Virus record (IMG/VR): IMGVR_UViG_3300047480_000598
Coordinates: 1 to 64,000 of that record
DNA: 64,000 nt
Source of the DNA: a virus
Strand: one strand, 5' to 3'
The position numbers were made by a program, and so were the translations under genes. Position 1 is the first letter of the stretch. Every line of letters starts with the position of its first letter. Below the pieces are notes generated by a model. The model was not told where the DNA came from. It saw only the letters and a list, made by a program, of their open reading frames with translations, and ran no database searches. Positions 1 to 7,989 of this stretch are shown here, piece after piece.

Positions 1-2
1 GT

Positions 3-203
3 ATATACTTTGTTAACGGTGTACAAGCAACTAAACAACAAGTAGCATCGTATTGCACAGCAAGCGCAGCGCAAAAGCTACTACAAGATAACAGCATTGT
101 ACATAACGTAACACACGATGTACTGCATACTGTACATATACGCACTATAGCACTTGCTAACATTGTAAGTATAGCAGCTAATAAACAACAGCTTGTAGTG
201 TAA
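3..203 (+). CDS. 3' part of a hypothetical phage protein (5'-truncated by the window edge; not in ORF track)
   Basis: Open frame 3..203 = IYFVNGVQATKQQVASYCTASAAQKLLQDNSIVHNVTHDVLHTVHIRTIALANIVSIAANKQQLVV*, TAA at 201-203, followed by a terminator. Confidence 0.75.
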   Translation: MYFVNGVQATKQQVASYCTASAAQKLLQDNSIVHNVTHDVLHTVHIRTIALANIVSIAANKQQLVV

Positions 204-221
204 TAGCAACGCATTGTTGCA

Positions 222-254
222 AGCGCACAACTAAAAATTGTGCGCTATTTTTTT
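222..254 (+). terminator. Rho-independent terminator
   Basis: Stem AGCGCACAA (222-230)/TTGTGCGCT (238-246), then a T7 tract (248-254); a small GCAAC/GTTGC hairpin lies just upstream (206-220). Confidence 0.8.
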
Positions 255-256
255 AT

Positions 257-356
257 TATACACCCCGTCTTGCAGCAAAAAACCTAAGCAGCAGCGGTCG
301 GGAAGTACTTCGTATAGCACAGCAGCAGGTTTAAAAAACTACGGTCGGGGTATATA
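257..356. repeat. Nested dyad-symmetric element with internal direct repeats
   Basis: Palindrome GAAGTACTTC 302-311; AAACCT 280-285/AGGTTT 327-332; TATACACCCCG 257-267/CGGGGTATATA 346-356 (1 mismatch); all centred at 306-306.5. Direct repeats AGCAGCAG (287, 321) and CGGTCGGG (295, 342). Confidence 0.7.
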
Positions 357-389
357 TTTTAAATTGTTGCGCAAAAACAACAAACGCTG

Positions 390-445
390 TTCTCTTTTCT
401 CTCTTTTTCTTCAAATTCTCTTTTTCAAATCTTTTTCTTCTTCTT
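390..445. repeat. Polypyrimidine (T/C) low-complexity tract
   Basis: tctcttttctctctttttcttcaaattctctttttcaaatctttttcttcttctt; no G, and CTCTTTTTC..CAAAT occurs twice. Confidence 0.7.
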
Positions 446-580
446 AAAATTCATGGTATATAGGTAAGAAATCACCAGGGGAAAAGTTTAAGTACTGTTC
501 TTTTATTTTTCGTAAATCATTTTTTTACCCTGTAGGACCCATTTCGGAACAACGTGAAGAAGTGTGTCTCATTCGGGCAT

Positions 581-588
581 TATAAATA
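581..588 (+). promoter_or_regulatory. T4-type late promoter TATAAATA
   Basis: Exact T4 gp55 consensus, 5 nt upstream of ATG 594, with no Shine-Dalgarno in between. Confidence 0.7.
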
Positions 589-593
589 CTGTT

Positions 594-1124
594 ATGAAAA
601 TTAATGAAATCATCTCAGAAGCTCACCATTCCATATATCAATCTATTGGCATTGGACATTGGATTGTAGATATTGACACACATTTTATAGTTACTCTTAC
701 TGATCGAAGTGATGTGCTCAATCCAAAGGAAGTTTTCAATATTATAACACATGCCTGTCTCTCAGAAGAATTACAAAAGATTCCTCGTGGCACAGGTGCA
801 TTTGTTCAAGACGTAGTTTCTAAAATTTCTGTTTATCTATACCGTTATAAGAACAAGCCCAACCGATTACGTTTAGAAACCGTTCTCACTCCAGATATGA
901 TTCCAAAGGATCCCATTATTCATATATATGTTATACCTGATGACTACACAATATCTGCCCGTGACGTTAAGCGGATGGATCGAGCAAGATCAACTGTTCG
1001 CTCTATGGGCAGGGACGCTATTAGCCAAGATCTCGAGCAGGATAAGAATATTATGCACACCATGTCACAAATGAGTCGTAACGAGCGTAGGGCATTTAAA
1101 AAGTTTCTTCAGCGTACCAAATAG
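594..1124 (+). CDS. Putative internal head protein with CTS-like N-terminus (MKINEIISE)
   Basis: ORF track 564..1124; start moved to ATG 594, behind the late promoter; N-terminal motif shared with neighbours. Confidence 0.7.
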   Translation: MKINEIISEAHHSIYQSIGIGHWIVDIDTHFIVTLTDRSDVLNPKEVFNIITHACLSEELQKIPRGTGAFVQDVVSKISVYLYRYKNKPNRLRLETVLTPDMIPKDPIIHIYVIPDDYTISARDVKRMDRARSTVRSMGRDAISQDLEQDKNIMHTMSQMSRNERRAFKKFLQRTK

Positions 1125-1555
1125 CCCATTTTACCGTCGGAACTTTGAGCAGATTTAGTTTTGAATCCTTGTTGTTTAAGTATTCTCACAAATCTGTTAT
1201 AAAGTTTCTGACGGTTCAATTCTTCTGCGGTAAACTTTAGGGTAGCATCTTTGTGTTGCTGTTTAAAGTTTCTCAGAATATCTATTACAGTAGCAAACAC
1301 AGTTTTTGACTCAGATCCAAATTTGCCCGTAATACCATAAGGGTCGTTTGATTCAGGGTCTTTAAACTCCACATCCCAAACGTCCATAAACTTAAGTTCA
1401 CCGTGTTCGTCATATATGGGGATGAGGAGGAAAGTCACTTCCATATCAATATTGTTAACTTCAAAGTGTGCGACCTTATGATCGTTAGCCTGGATGTGCC
1501 ATTGCCAAGGTGCGGGTCGATCTAAAAATTCTGTAATAAATTCTTGTGCTTTCAT
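1109..1555 (-). CDS. Putative internal head protein with CTS-like N-terminus (MKAQEFITE)
   Basis: 148-aa ORF; N-terminus close to the T4 IPII/IPIII CTS MKTYQEFIAE. Confidence 0.7.
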   Translation of the reverse strand: MKAQEFITEFLDRPAPWQWHIQANDHKVAHFEVNNIDMEVTFLLIPIYDEHGELKFMDVWDVEFKDPESNDPYGITGKFGSESKTVFATVIDILRNFKQQHKDATLKFTAEELNRQKLYNRFVRILKQQGFKTKSAQSSDGKMGYLVR

Positions 1556-1656
1556 AGTATTAATGTGGGTAGATAATCGATTATATAATCTGTGCTACCG
1601 TTTTTCCGCTTCGCGGTTTTTGTGTTCTTCTATATTTATTTTTGATAATTAAGTAT

Positions 1657-2388
1657 ATGTTATGGATATATGGAGATAGTTACTCGGCAAATTTTGTTCA
1701 TTTGAAATCCACCTGGTCGTGGGTTCGCCGAATTAATCAAAGATTAGCTTGTGAATCAAAAAATTTTAGTTTTGCTGGATCTGGGTTGGGATATACGTAT
1801 TGTAAGTTCAATGAAACGTGTGATCAGTTTTCCGAAGGGGATCATGTTATCATTACTCTTACAAGTTTAAACCGACGATATTTCTTTTATGATCAGCCTA
1901 TGTTAGTAAACTTGTGGAATTTGAAATATCCTTCTTACGATATGAACGGGGACAGGATTAAATTCAACCCGTCGGAAGCTGATGCATTTAGAAAGTATTT
2001 TATGTTTTTAGATAAGAATACAAAGTTAGAAGAAGTAAATCTCATTAACTTTTTGACTATGGTAGATAGTATTAGTCGAAGGAAAAAGTTGGGTAGTGTA
2101 ACTATTATGTCTTGTTTTGAAGATTCTTATCTAGTTGCTAAAACAGTAGCAATGGAAAATGCAATTGTAGCTAGCGGGTGGTTATATAAGATTAGTACAG
2201 AAGAGTGTGCTCGAGAAGAGTTAGTTAGTCAAATTCAAACAGATGATAAGCGTGCATGTCATCTAAGTCAGCATAATCATGGCATTCTTTTGTCTAAACT
2301 CTATAATTCAATAGTGAATAAAACTCCGTTAGACCTTACGCAGGGATTTAAGAAAGGATTCATTCATGAGGTATGTGATGTTAAATGA
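1657..2388 (+). CDS. SGNH/GDSL hydrolase-like protein
   Basis: WIYGDSY (block I), NFSFAGSG (block II), C-terminal DKRACH; start at ATG 1657 matches paralogue 15013 (MTLWVFGDS); TAATTA 5 nt upstream. Confidence 0.65.
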   Translation: MLWIYGDSYSANFVHLKSTWSWVRRINQRLACESKNFSFAGSGLGYTYCKFNETCDQFSEGDHVIITLTSLNRRYFFYDQPMLVNLWNLKYPSYDMNGDRIKFNPSEADAFRKYFMFLDKNTKLEEVNLINFLTMVDSISRRKKLGSVTIMSCFEDSYLVAKTVAMENAIVASGWLYKISTEECAREELVSQIQTDDKRACHLSQHNHGILLSKLYNSIVNKTPLDLTQGFKKGFIHEVCDVK

Positions 2389-2935
2389 AAGTAGCCCCGA
2401 TACACCTCTTGGTAGTATTAGTCCCGATTTAAACCTAAGTAAGTTATGGTTATGTAACATGCTTAAGAAGTTTGAATTGACGAAATTTGATAACATTTAT
2501 ATTCTAGGTTCTTGGTATGGATCGATGGGCCTATTCTTATTAACAAAGGGTATTGAGTTTGATGATGCATATAACATTGACTGGGATCATGAAAAGACCA
2601 CCAATGTAATGCATATGTTAAAGCGTATGAAGTTAAATGATTGTATTCATGCTGTTCGAGCCGATGCAAATGATATTGAATATAAAGGTGATTGTCTAGT
2701 GATCAATACTTCAACGAATGACATCGAAGGGCGAGATTGGTTTGATAATATACCTTCGGATACTCCTGTAGTATTGCAAGGTAAGAGTGATCAAGAAAAG
2801 TCTAATGGGGAAGATACTATGGAAAAGTTTAATCGTGCATATCCGTTGAGTCAAACTTTATTGTTAGATTTCTTAACGGTGGAAGATGTTAAGGGCAATC
2901 CATATTCTAGATTTATGAAGATAGGTTACAAATGA
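2366..2935 (+). CDS. Class I SAM-dependent methyltransferase-like protein
   Basis: IYILGSWYG (motif I-like), NIDWD acidic second strand, ADAN, LVINTS. Confidence 0.55.
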   Translation: MRYVMLNESSPDTPLGSISPDLNLSKLWLCNMLKKFELTKFDNIYILGSWYGSMGLFLLTKGIEFDDAYNIDWDHEKTTNVMHMLKRMKLNDCIHAVRADANDIEYKGDCLVINTSTNDIEGRDWFDNIPSDTPVVLQGKSDQEKSNGEDTMEKFNRAYPLSQTLLLDFLTVEDVKGNPYSRFMKIGYK

Positions 2936-2958
2936 TCTTGTAGCGGTAAATATAAATT

Positions 2959-3771
2959 ATGCGTATACATGAAATTATTAGCGAAGCGGATACAGACCCT
3001 AAATTAATTCAACGAATGAAAGACTTGTGGGATCAAGGATACAGTTCGAAAGAAATCAGCAATGCACTTGGTTGGACTAAGAGTCAAATAGGCCATAATT
3101 TGAATCGACATTATCATGATCGCGAAGGCAAAAGAAAACCCCACCCTCCTGAACTAATTGCAAGAGTCGGCGAGTTGTGGGACGAAATTCCAAGTCCCAC
3201 AAAGATAGCAAAAGAATTAGGAAAAACAGTTCAAGAAATTAATACTATTCTATATCTATATCATTCTGATAGGATAAACAAGTTCGATAATTCTCGTAGT
3301 TTAACTGATCAAGAAATTCAAGATATAATATCGAGTTATTCTCAAGGCGAGACTACTAATAGTATATCCAGGAAATATAAAGTGTCTCCAACCTTTATAC
3401 AAGACCTTATTATGAGAGAGATTGGTAAAGATGCATATGATGAGATAATGAATTCTCGTAGATTAGTTCCAGGAGCCTTTGTACCTAACAAGATGACAGA
3501 CGAGATGAAAGAAACAATTATTAAATTATTTGTCTCTGGTTATAATTTTACTGACATAAAGAAACAAATTAACGATGTGTTAGTAAGAAGTACAATTAGT
3601 AAATTTTTAAAGAATCATCCAAATTGGAACCAAATGCTACAGGCACATAAGTTAGCTAGAGATCAAAAGAAGCCTCAAGTAGCAACAACTAAACGAATGA
3701 CCAGTAAGCCAATGAGCAAAGGCATTAAAGCTATTCGTAAAATCGGCCCTGTCACCGGAGGTAAATTATAA
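2959..3771 (+). CDS. Tandem helix-turn-helix protein with CTS-like N-terminus (MRIHEIISE)
   Basis: Four HTH-like units (GYSSKEISNALG, SPTKIAKELGKT, GETTNSISRKYKVS, GYNFTDIKKQI); basic C-terminus; TAAATA at 2947-2952. Confidence 0.65.
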   Translation: MRIHEIISEADTDPKLIQRMKDLWDQGYSSKEISNALGWTKSQIGHNLNRHYHDREGKRKPHPPELIARVGELWDEIPSPTKIAKELGKTVQEINTILYLYHSDRINKFDNSRSLTDQEIQDIISSYSQGETTNSISRKYKVSPTFIQDLIMREIGKDAYDEIMNSRRLVPGAFVPNKMTDEMKETIIKLFVSGYNFTDIKKQINDVLVRSTISKFLKNHPNWNQMLQAHKLARDQKKPQVATTKRMTSKPMSKGIKAIRKIGPVTGGKL

Positions 3772-3772
3772 G

Positions 3773-4621
3773 ATGAGATATAGAGAATTTTTACTAGAAA
3801 GTAGTTATGATTCTATGATTGTCAGTCTTAAGAATCAATATCGTGGGTCGAAACAACGTGAATTTATTGATAATTGTGTCCTCTTTGCAAAAACTAAATT
3901 AAAGAAAGATGAGCGTGTTGTATGGTTTTTACGTATAGCAAGATCTATTTTATTTGATATTAAAAATAAAACTAATACTAGATTTGAGCTTATAGGGTAT
4001 AATACTGTTCCTACAAAATTTTTAACTTATACTGTACCTTATTTTGAAGACGAACTTAGAGTTGCAGAGCACATTAATCAAGGGAATGTTAAATTTGATA
4101 ATTATATATTTGGAAACAAATCGTTATCGACAGTAATACATGATTTCAACAATATATCCGAAGAGTGGAAAGTAAAAAAATCATTAAAAAAAGTCCCTAT
4201 TCAACCCGGTGATAAAAAACTTATTGATTTTGGAGATGGGAGTGCATGGTGGTTTTTAGATCGTGCGGCGTGTGAGAAAGAAGCCACTGCCGGAAGACAT
4301 TGCGGGAATCGACCAAATCAATGGAGATCTAATCACCGATTACTTAGTTATCGAGAAAATGGTCGAGTAAAAATGACTTTTGTACTAGAAACTGACACTG
4401 GTATGCTATTAGATCGACGTGCAGTTGCAAATCAACATCCAGATCCAAAGTATTATGAAAAAATCATAGCACTTTTAAAACTTCCGATTATAACCGATCT
4501 ACTTCCTAAAGACGTAAGAAACGATTTTCAATTGTCGAATTTATCTCCAGCACAACAACACCAGCTTCGTATTGAAAAGCCTAGTTTGTTCAAACAAACT
4601 GATAAATGGGAAGCTGACTAG
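3773..4621 (+). CDS. PcfJ-like domain protein with CTS-like N-terminus (MRYREFLLE)
   Basis: EATAGRHCG...LLSYRE...MTF...RAVANQHP resembles the PcfJ EG..M.HCV..SLR..T.E..G..N..P pattern. Confidence 0.55.
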   Translation: MRYREFLLESSYDSMIVSLKNQYRGSKQREFIDNCVLFAKTKLKKDERVVWFLRIARSILFDIKNKTNTRFELIGYNTVPTKFLTYTVPYFEDELRVAEHINQGNVKFDNYIFGNKSLSTVIHDFNNISEEWKVKKSLKKVPIQPGDKKLIDFGDGSAWWFLDRAACEKEATAGRHCGNRPNQWRSNHRLLSYRENGRVKMTFVLETDTGMLLDRRAVANQHPDPKYYEKIIALLKLPIITDLLPKDVRNDFQLSNLSPAQQHQLRIEKPSLFKQTDKWEAD

Positions 4622-4638
4622 CGTAAGAGAAATAAGAC

Positions 4639-5496
4639 ATGAGATTTAAAGAATTTTTAATAGAGGCCTCTATCTATAATCTGATCAAGGGACATCCGCA
4701 TCGTAATCATATATTGGACACTGGTATCGTAAAAGAACTCAGTCATCAAGCAGATTTCAAAGAAGCGCCATTAGAAGATCTAAGCGAGTTTCCCGAAAAG
4801 TATCCTTATGATGATGCAGAGTATTATATCTATGTTCTTGTGTTAGGTGATCAAGGATCGGCATTATTACGGTATGATCGATATTATGACGATCATTCAT
4901 TTCTTGTCTATGGTATACAAACAATGCCAAATGGGGAAGTCAAAACTCGCTATAGTGTAACCGAACTCTTTTATCCTTATAATATTGTACAATTTTTACA
5001 TGGATATACCGGGGAAAATTCTAAAATGTATATGGCTCTAAACCCCGGAAATCAAGTTCGAGAACGACTTCGTCGTTCAAGAGTACAAACAAGACAGGTC
5101 CCATCGTTCGGCGAGTCCCTTAGAATCATGTATAAACACATTTTACCGATTATATCCGATGAAGTTCCTAAAGCATTATTTCGTATGCAATCTCTATACA
5201 GACAAGCAATTGAACAATCTAATTATGCACTTGCAGAACAGATCTCTCAAAAAGGTACACAACTTGACGCATTTTTAAGAGTAAAAGATACAGGTATTCT
5301 CAGGGTAGAAATTCACCCGATAGTATCTGGTATTGCTAAAAGAGGATATAAGACATGGGCACTTAAACGACGGCCAGGTGTTGTACCGCCTATTGAGCGA
5401 TGGGCACATAATGCTTCATCAATGTCAAAGCCAGAATTTAACTCGTTTGTAGAAGCATTTAAAGAATACCTATTTAATACTGAACCGATGGATTGA
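4639..5496 (+). CDS. CTS-tagged protein (MRFKEFLIE), member of the local six-gene paralogue family
   Basis: LSHQADF, LVLGDQGSAL and ILPII..AIEQSNYALAE motifs shared with genes at 7990-13875. Confidence 0.65.
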   Translation: MRFKEFLIEASIYNLIKGHPHRNHILDTGIVKELSHQADFKEAPLEDLSEFPEKYPYDDAEYYIYVLVLGDQGSALLRYDRYYDDHSFLVYGIQTMPNGEVKTRYSVTELFYPYNIVQFLHGYTGENSKMYMALNPGNQVRERLRRSRVQTRQVPSFGESLRIMYKHILPIISDEVPKALFRMQSLYRQAIEQSNYALAEQISQKGTQLDAFLRVKDTGILRVEIHPIVSGIAKRGYKTWALKRRPGVVPPIERWAHNASSMSKPEFNSFVEAFKEYLFNTEPMD

Positions 5497-5498
5497 CT

Positions 5499-6452
5499 AT
5501 GAGAGCAAATGAATTCATAAGTGAAGCGTTAAACACATCACGATATTCGGCACAAGTAACTAATGCTATGCTTGATAGTCTTGCAGAAATTATTATCACC
5601 GATTATAACGAATCTAATCGAAGAAGAGAATTTAATTTTGATATACAAAATAGTTTTTTAGAAGCTGCCGAAGCCTCCTTAAATTCTACTAAGCGGTGGG
5701 GGAACAAAAAGGTTAGTCTAGCATTTAGTAATAACACCGAAGGGGCAAGATTTAATAGAGCCACTTATGAAATGACTGTGTCATCTGGTTTTGTAGATAT
5801 ACTAGTACAAAACATTGAAGAATTTTGTGAGTTGTATATAAAGGAAAGACAAATTCCATTAAAGATATCTAACATCAAACCAGGATTATACAATAGTCCT
5901 GTTCATGATACTGTTTCGTTCATTGTAGGGTTAATAATACATGAATTCACACACGGAGTACAACAAACTCTACAAAAAAACATATACCCAACCCACGGGT
6001 ATCTTGCACCAAGAGCTGACGACTATGATGCAGCAATGTCTAGAATCAATAAATTGCCTTTGGAAAAAGATCATAAAATTTATGCTAGTAGTCCGGACGA
6101 AATCGGTGGTCATGCCGCGCAAGCAGCCGGTCGAATAATTTCGTTAATGGCTCATATGCCAAAAGAAGAACAAATTAAGAAATTACAAAAATTACTTAGC
6201 AACCCTAAAGAGTTTGTTTCTATAGTAGCTCGTGGTGTTAAAGATACTGCGTTTAATGTATTAAGATTTAATCAATCGCATAGAAAGGAAAAATATGTAT
6301 TTGATCAATATTTAAAACGATGTTATGAGTTACTTCTTGATTATTTAAAATATATTCAAGGTCGTAATGTTAATCCTACGATCGATGATAAAGTTAATGC
6401 TAACTATGAAAAATGGTTAAAATCTCAAAAAGGGCCGGGAAACAAAAAATGA
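5499..6452 (+). CDS. Zincin-like metallopeptidase domain protein with CTS-like N-terminus (MRANEFISE)
   Basis: IIHEFTHGVQ (HExxH) plus downstream YASSPDEIGGHA third-ligand motif; start moved from 5493 to ATG 5499. Confidence 0.65.
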   Translation: MRANEFISEALNTSRYSAQVTNAMLDSLAEIIITDYNESNRRREFNFDIQNSFLEAAEASLNSTKRWGNKKVSLAFSNNTEGARFNRATYEMTVSSGFVDILVQNIEEFCELYIKERQIPLKISNIKPGLYNSPVHDTVSFIVGLIIHEFTHGVQQTLQKNIYPTHGYLAPRADDYDAAMSRINKLPLEKDHKIYASSPDEIGGHAAQAAGRIISLMAHMPKEEQIKKLQKLLSNPKEFVSIVARGVKDTAFNVLRFNQSHRKEKYVFDQYLKRCYELLLDYLKYIQGRNVNPTIDDKVNANYEKWLKSQKGPGNKK

Positions 6453-7669
6453 GATATAGAGAATTTTTACTAGAAGCCAAACCTGACAATTTAGGTGATG
6501 GATTAATCAAAAAAATTGGGCAAGCATATTTTCGAAAAGTAAGAGTTATGCCCAATGCTGAATCTACCGATCCTGTTGCAGTTGATCAAGCAGTATTACA
6601 AACAGGATATAGTTTAGCAGATAGCATGTATAATCATGTCGGACCTAAGAATCTAATATGGGTTGCAAAACAATTTGTACAAGATCCTCACTTTATGCCC
6701 GAAGATTTTCCTGCGTGGGCTGATACATTAGGTGAATATACTTCGGCAGTCGATGCCCGTAAACCTATTGAAAGAGATCTTAACAAGTTTGCAAACATTA
6801 ATCAATTAAGGACAGAAATTCGCAAGTATCAAGATGAAGCTGTAGGAGAAGTTTACGACATTATTGTTCCTGTATTAGACAAGTTTGTTCAACAAGGTCA
6901 AGCAGCATGGTTATATAAAGGAAAAGACTATGCTATCTATCGTCCCGACACTTGGCAAGCCAGTAATGAGTTTTATCGAGTATTAAACAACAAGGGAATC
7001 AACACAAGTTTGTGTGTAACATACAGTGAAGATATGTATAAACAGTATACTAAGCGTGGCGTATTTGTTTTAATCATTGCACCGGATACGGCTTACATCT
7101 CTTATATTAGTACTGGAGATACTAACGGCCATTATGCTGCAACTTCGGAGTTTTCGGATATGTACAATGATCATCAACATGGATTAGAAGAACAAATTAA
7201 GATGTTCCCGAGACTTAAACCGATCCTAGCCGACTATGCAAAAGAGAGTAATGATGTCGAAGTATTAATCTATCTAAATCCTGCATTAGCAAAGAAGAAG
7301 TATCCAGAGATGATGAATCTTGTAGAGAAATATAATATACGACTTATTAGCCCTGAATCTGATGTAGCAGTCGAGCATGGTGACCCCGAATACTTAGATG
7401 TTGATCAAGCAGAAAATTTTGTGAAAGTTATGAATGATCCGAAGAACTCTAAAGAAGTTAACAGACTAAAAAACCTAAAAGAATATGGGTTACGTGCTTT
7501 AGGTATCTCAAAGACTGAAAAATCAATCTTCGGAACTCCGCTTATATTATGCCAGATTCCTGGCTCTAGTTTTGGTTTTGGAGACAGGGATAACTTTGAA
7601 CTATTTCCAGCCGAATTCCTGTGGTCAGACATACATGAAGATTACTTGATTAATATTCTAGCTTTTTGA
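6449..7669 (+). CDS. CTS-tagged protein (MRYREFLLE), related to the 13880 protein
   Basis: ATGA overlap with the upstream stop at 6449-6452; YAIYRP..AS...TSLCVT..MYKQYTKRGVFVLI aligns with YKIFIV..AA...AIWCTG..HFIHYTSKAMVFVV. Confidence 0.65.
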   Translation: MRYREFLLEAKPDNLGDGLIKKIGQAYFRKVRVMPNAESTDPVAVDQAVLQTGYSLADSMYNHVGPKNLIWVAKQFVQDPHFMPEDFPAWADTLGEYTSAVDARKPIERDLNKFANINQLRTEIRKYQDEAVGEVYDIIVPVLDKFVQQGQAAWLYKGKDYAIYRPDTWQASNEFYRVLNNKGINTSLCVTYSEDMYKQYTKRGVFVLIIAPDTAYISYISTGDTNGHYAATSEFSDMYNDHQHGLEEQIKMFPRLKPILADYAKESNDVEVLIYLNPALAKKKYPEMMNLVEKYNIRLISPESDVAVEHGDPEYLDVDQAENFVKVMNDPKNSKEVNRLKNLKEYGLRALGISKTEKSIFGTPLILCQIPGSSFGFGDRDNFELFPAEFLWSDIHEDYLINILAF

Positions 7670-7912
7670 TTGTTGAAATTTAGTAAATCGTCCCTTCTCA
7701 CCACGTACTTGAGGACCAATCGGTTGACGACCTTGTTTAGCTTGACTAATAGCAATGTCTGTGCCGTTATTAAAGCTATTGCTCGGTGTAGATTGTTTAC
7801 GTCCAGTATTATGTTTTCGTTCCCATTCCCATCCGGCTTTATGCCCCGAACAGTCTTTTGTACATTGGCGCCCAAAGAAACTTAACTCGGTAATAATTTC
7901 TATAATTTTCAT
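7658..7912 (-). CDS. Small CTS-tagged protein (MKIIEIITE) with CTKDCSGHxAG motif
   Basis: 84-aa ORF; TAAATA (7918-7923, minus strand) 5 nt upstream; C-terminal RGEKGRF. Confidence 0.65.
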   Translation of the reverse strand: MKIIEIITELSFFGRQCTKDCSGHKAGWEWERKHNTGRKQSTPSNSFNNGTDIAISQAKQGRQPIGPQVRGEKGRFTKFQQSKS

Positions 7913-7989
7913 TATAATATTTATGTGTTCTTAAAGTTAAATGTAAAATAAAAAGAGAATAAATATACAATAACCATTTGGACAAAAAT

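Noticed and set aside
238-447. 69-aa ORF in the ORF track
   Set aside because: TTG start inside a terminator stem, no RBS, and it runs through the dyad element and pyrimidine tract giving an F/S/L low-complexity tail; the region is better explained as non-coding.
594-1124. RelE/BECR-type RNase call from the THF...DR and terminal-strand pattern
   Set aside because: Resemblance too weak to support without a profile or structure search.
1573-1621. Palindrome ATAATCGATTAT and CCGC-TTC-GCGG-T5 hairpin in a divergent intergenic gap
   Set aside because: The stem is only 4 bp and no plus-strand gene ends nearby; AT-rich palindromes of this size arise by chance.
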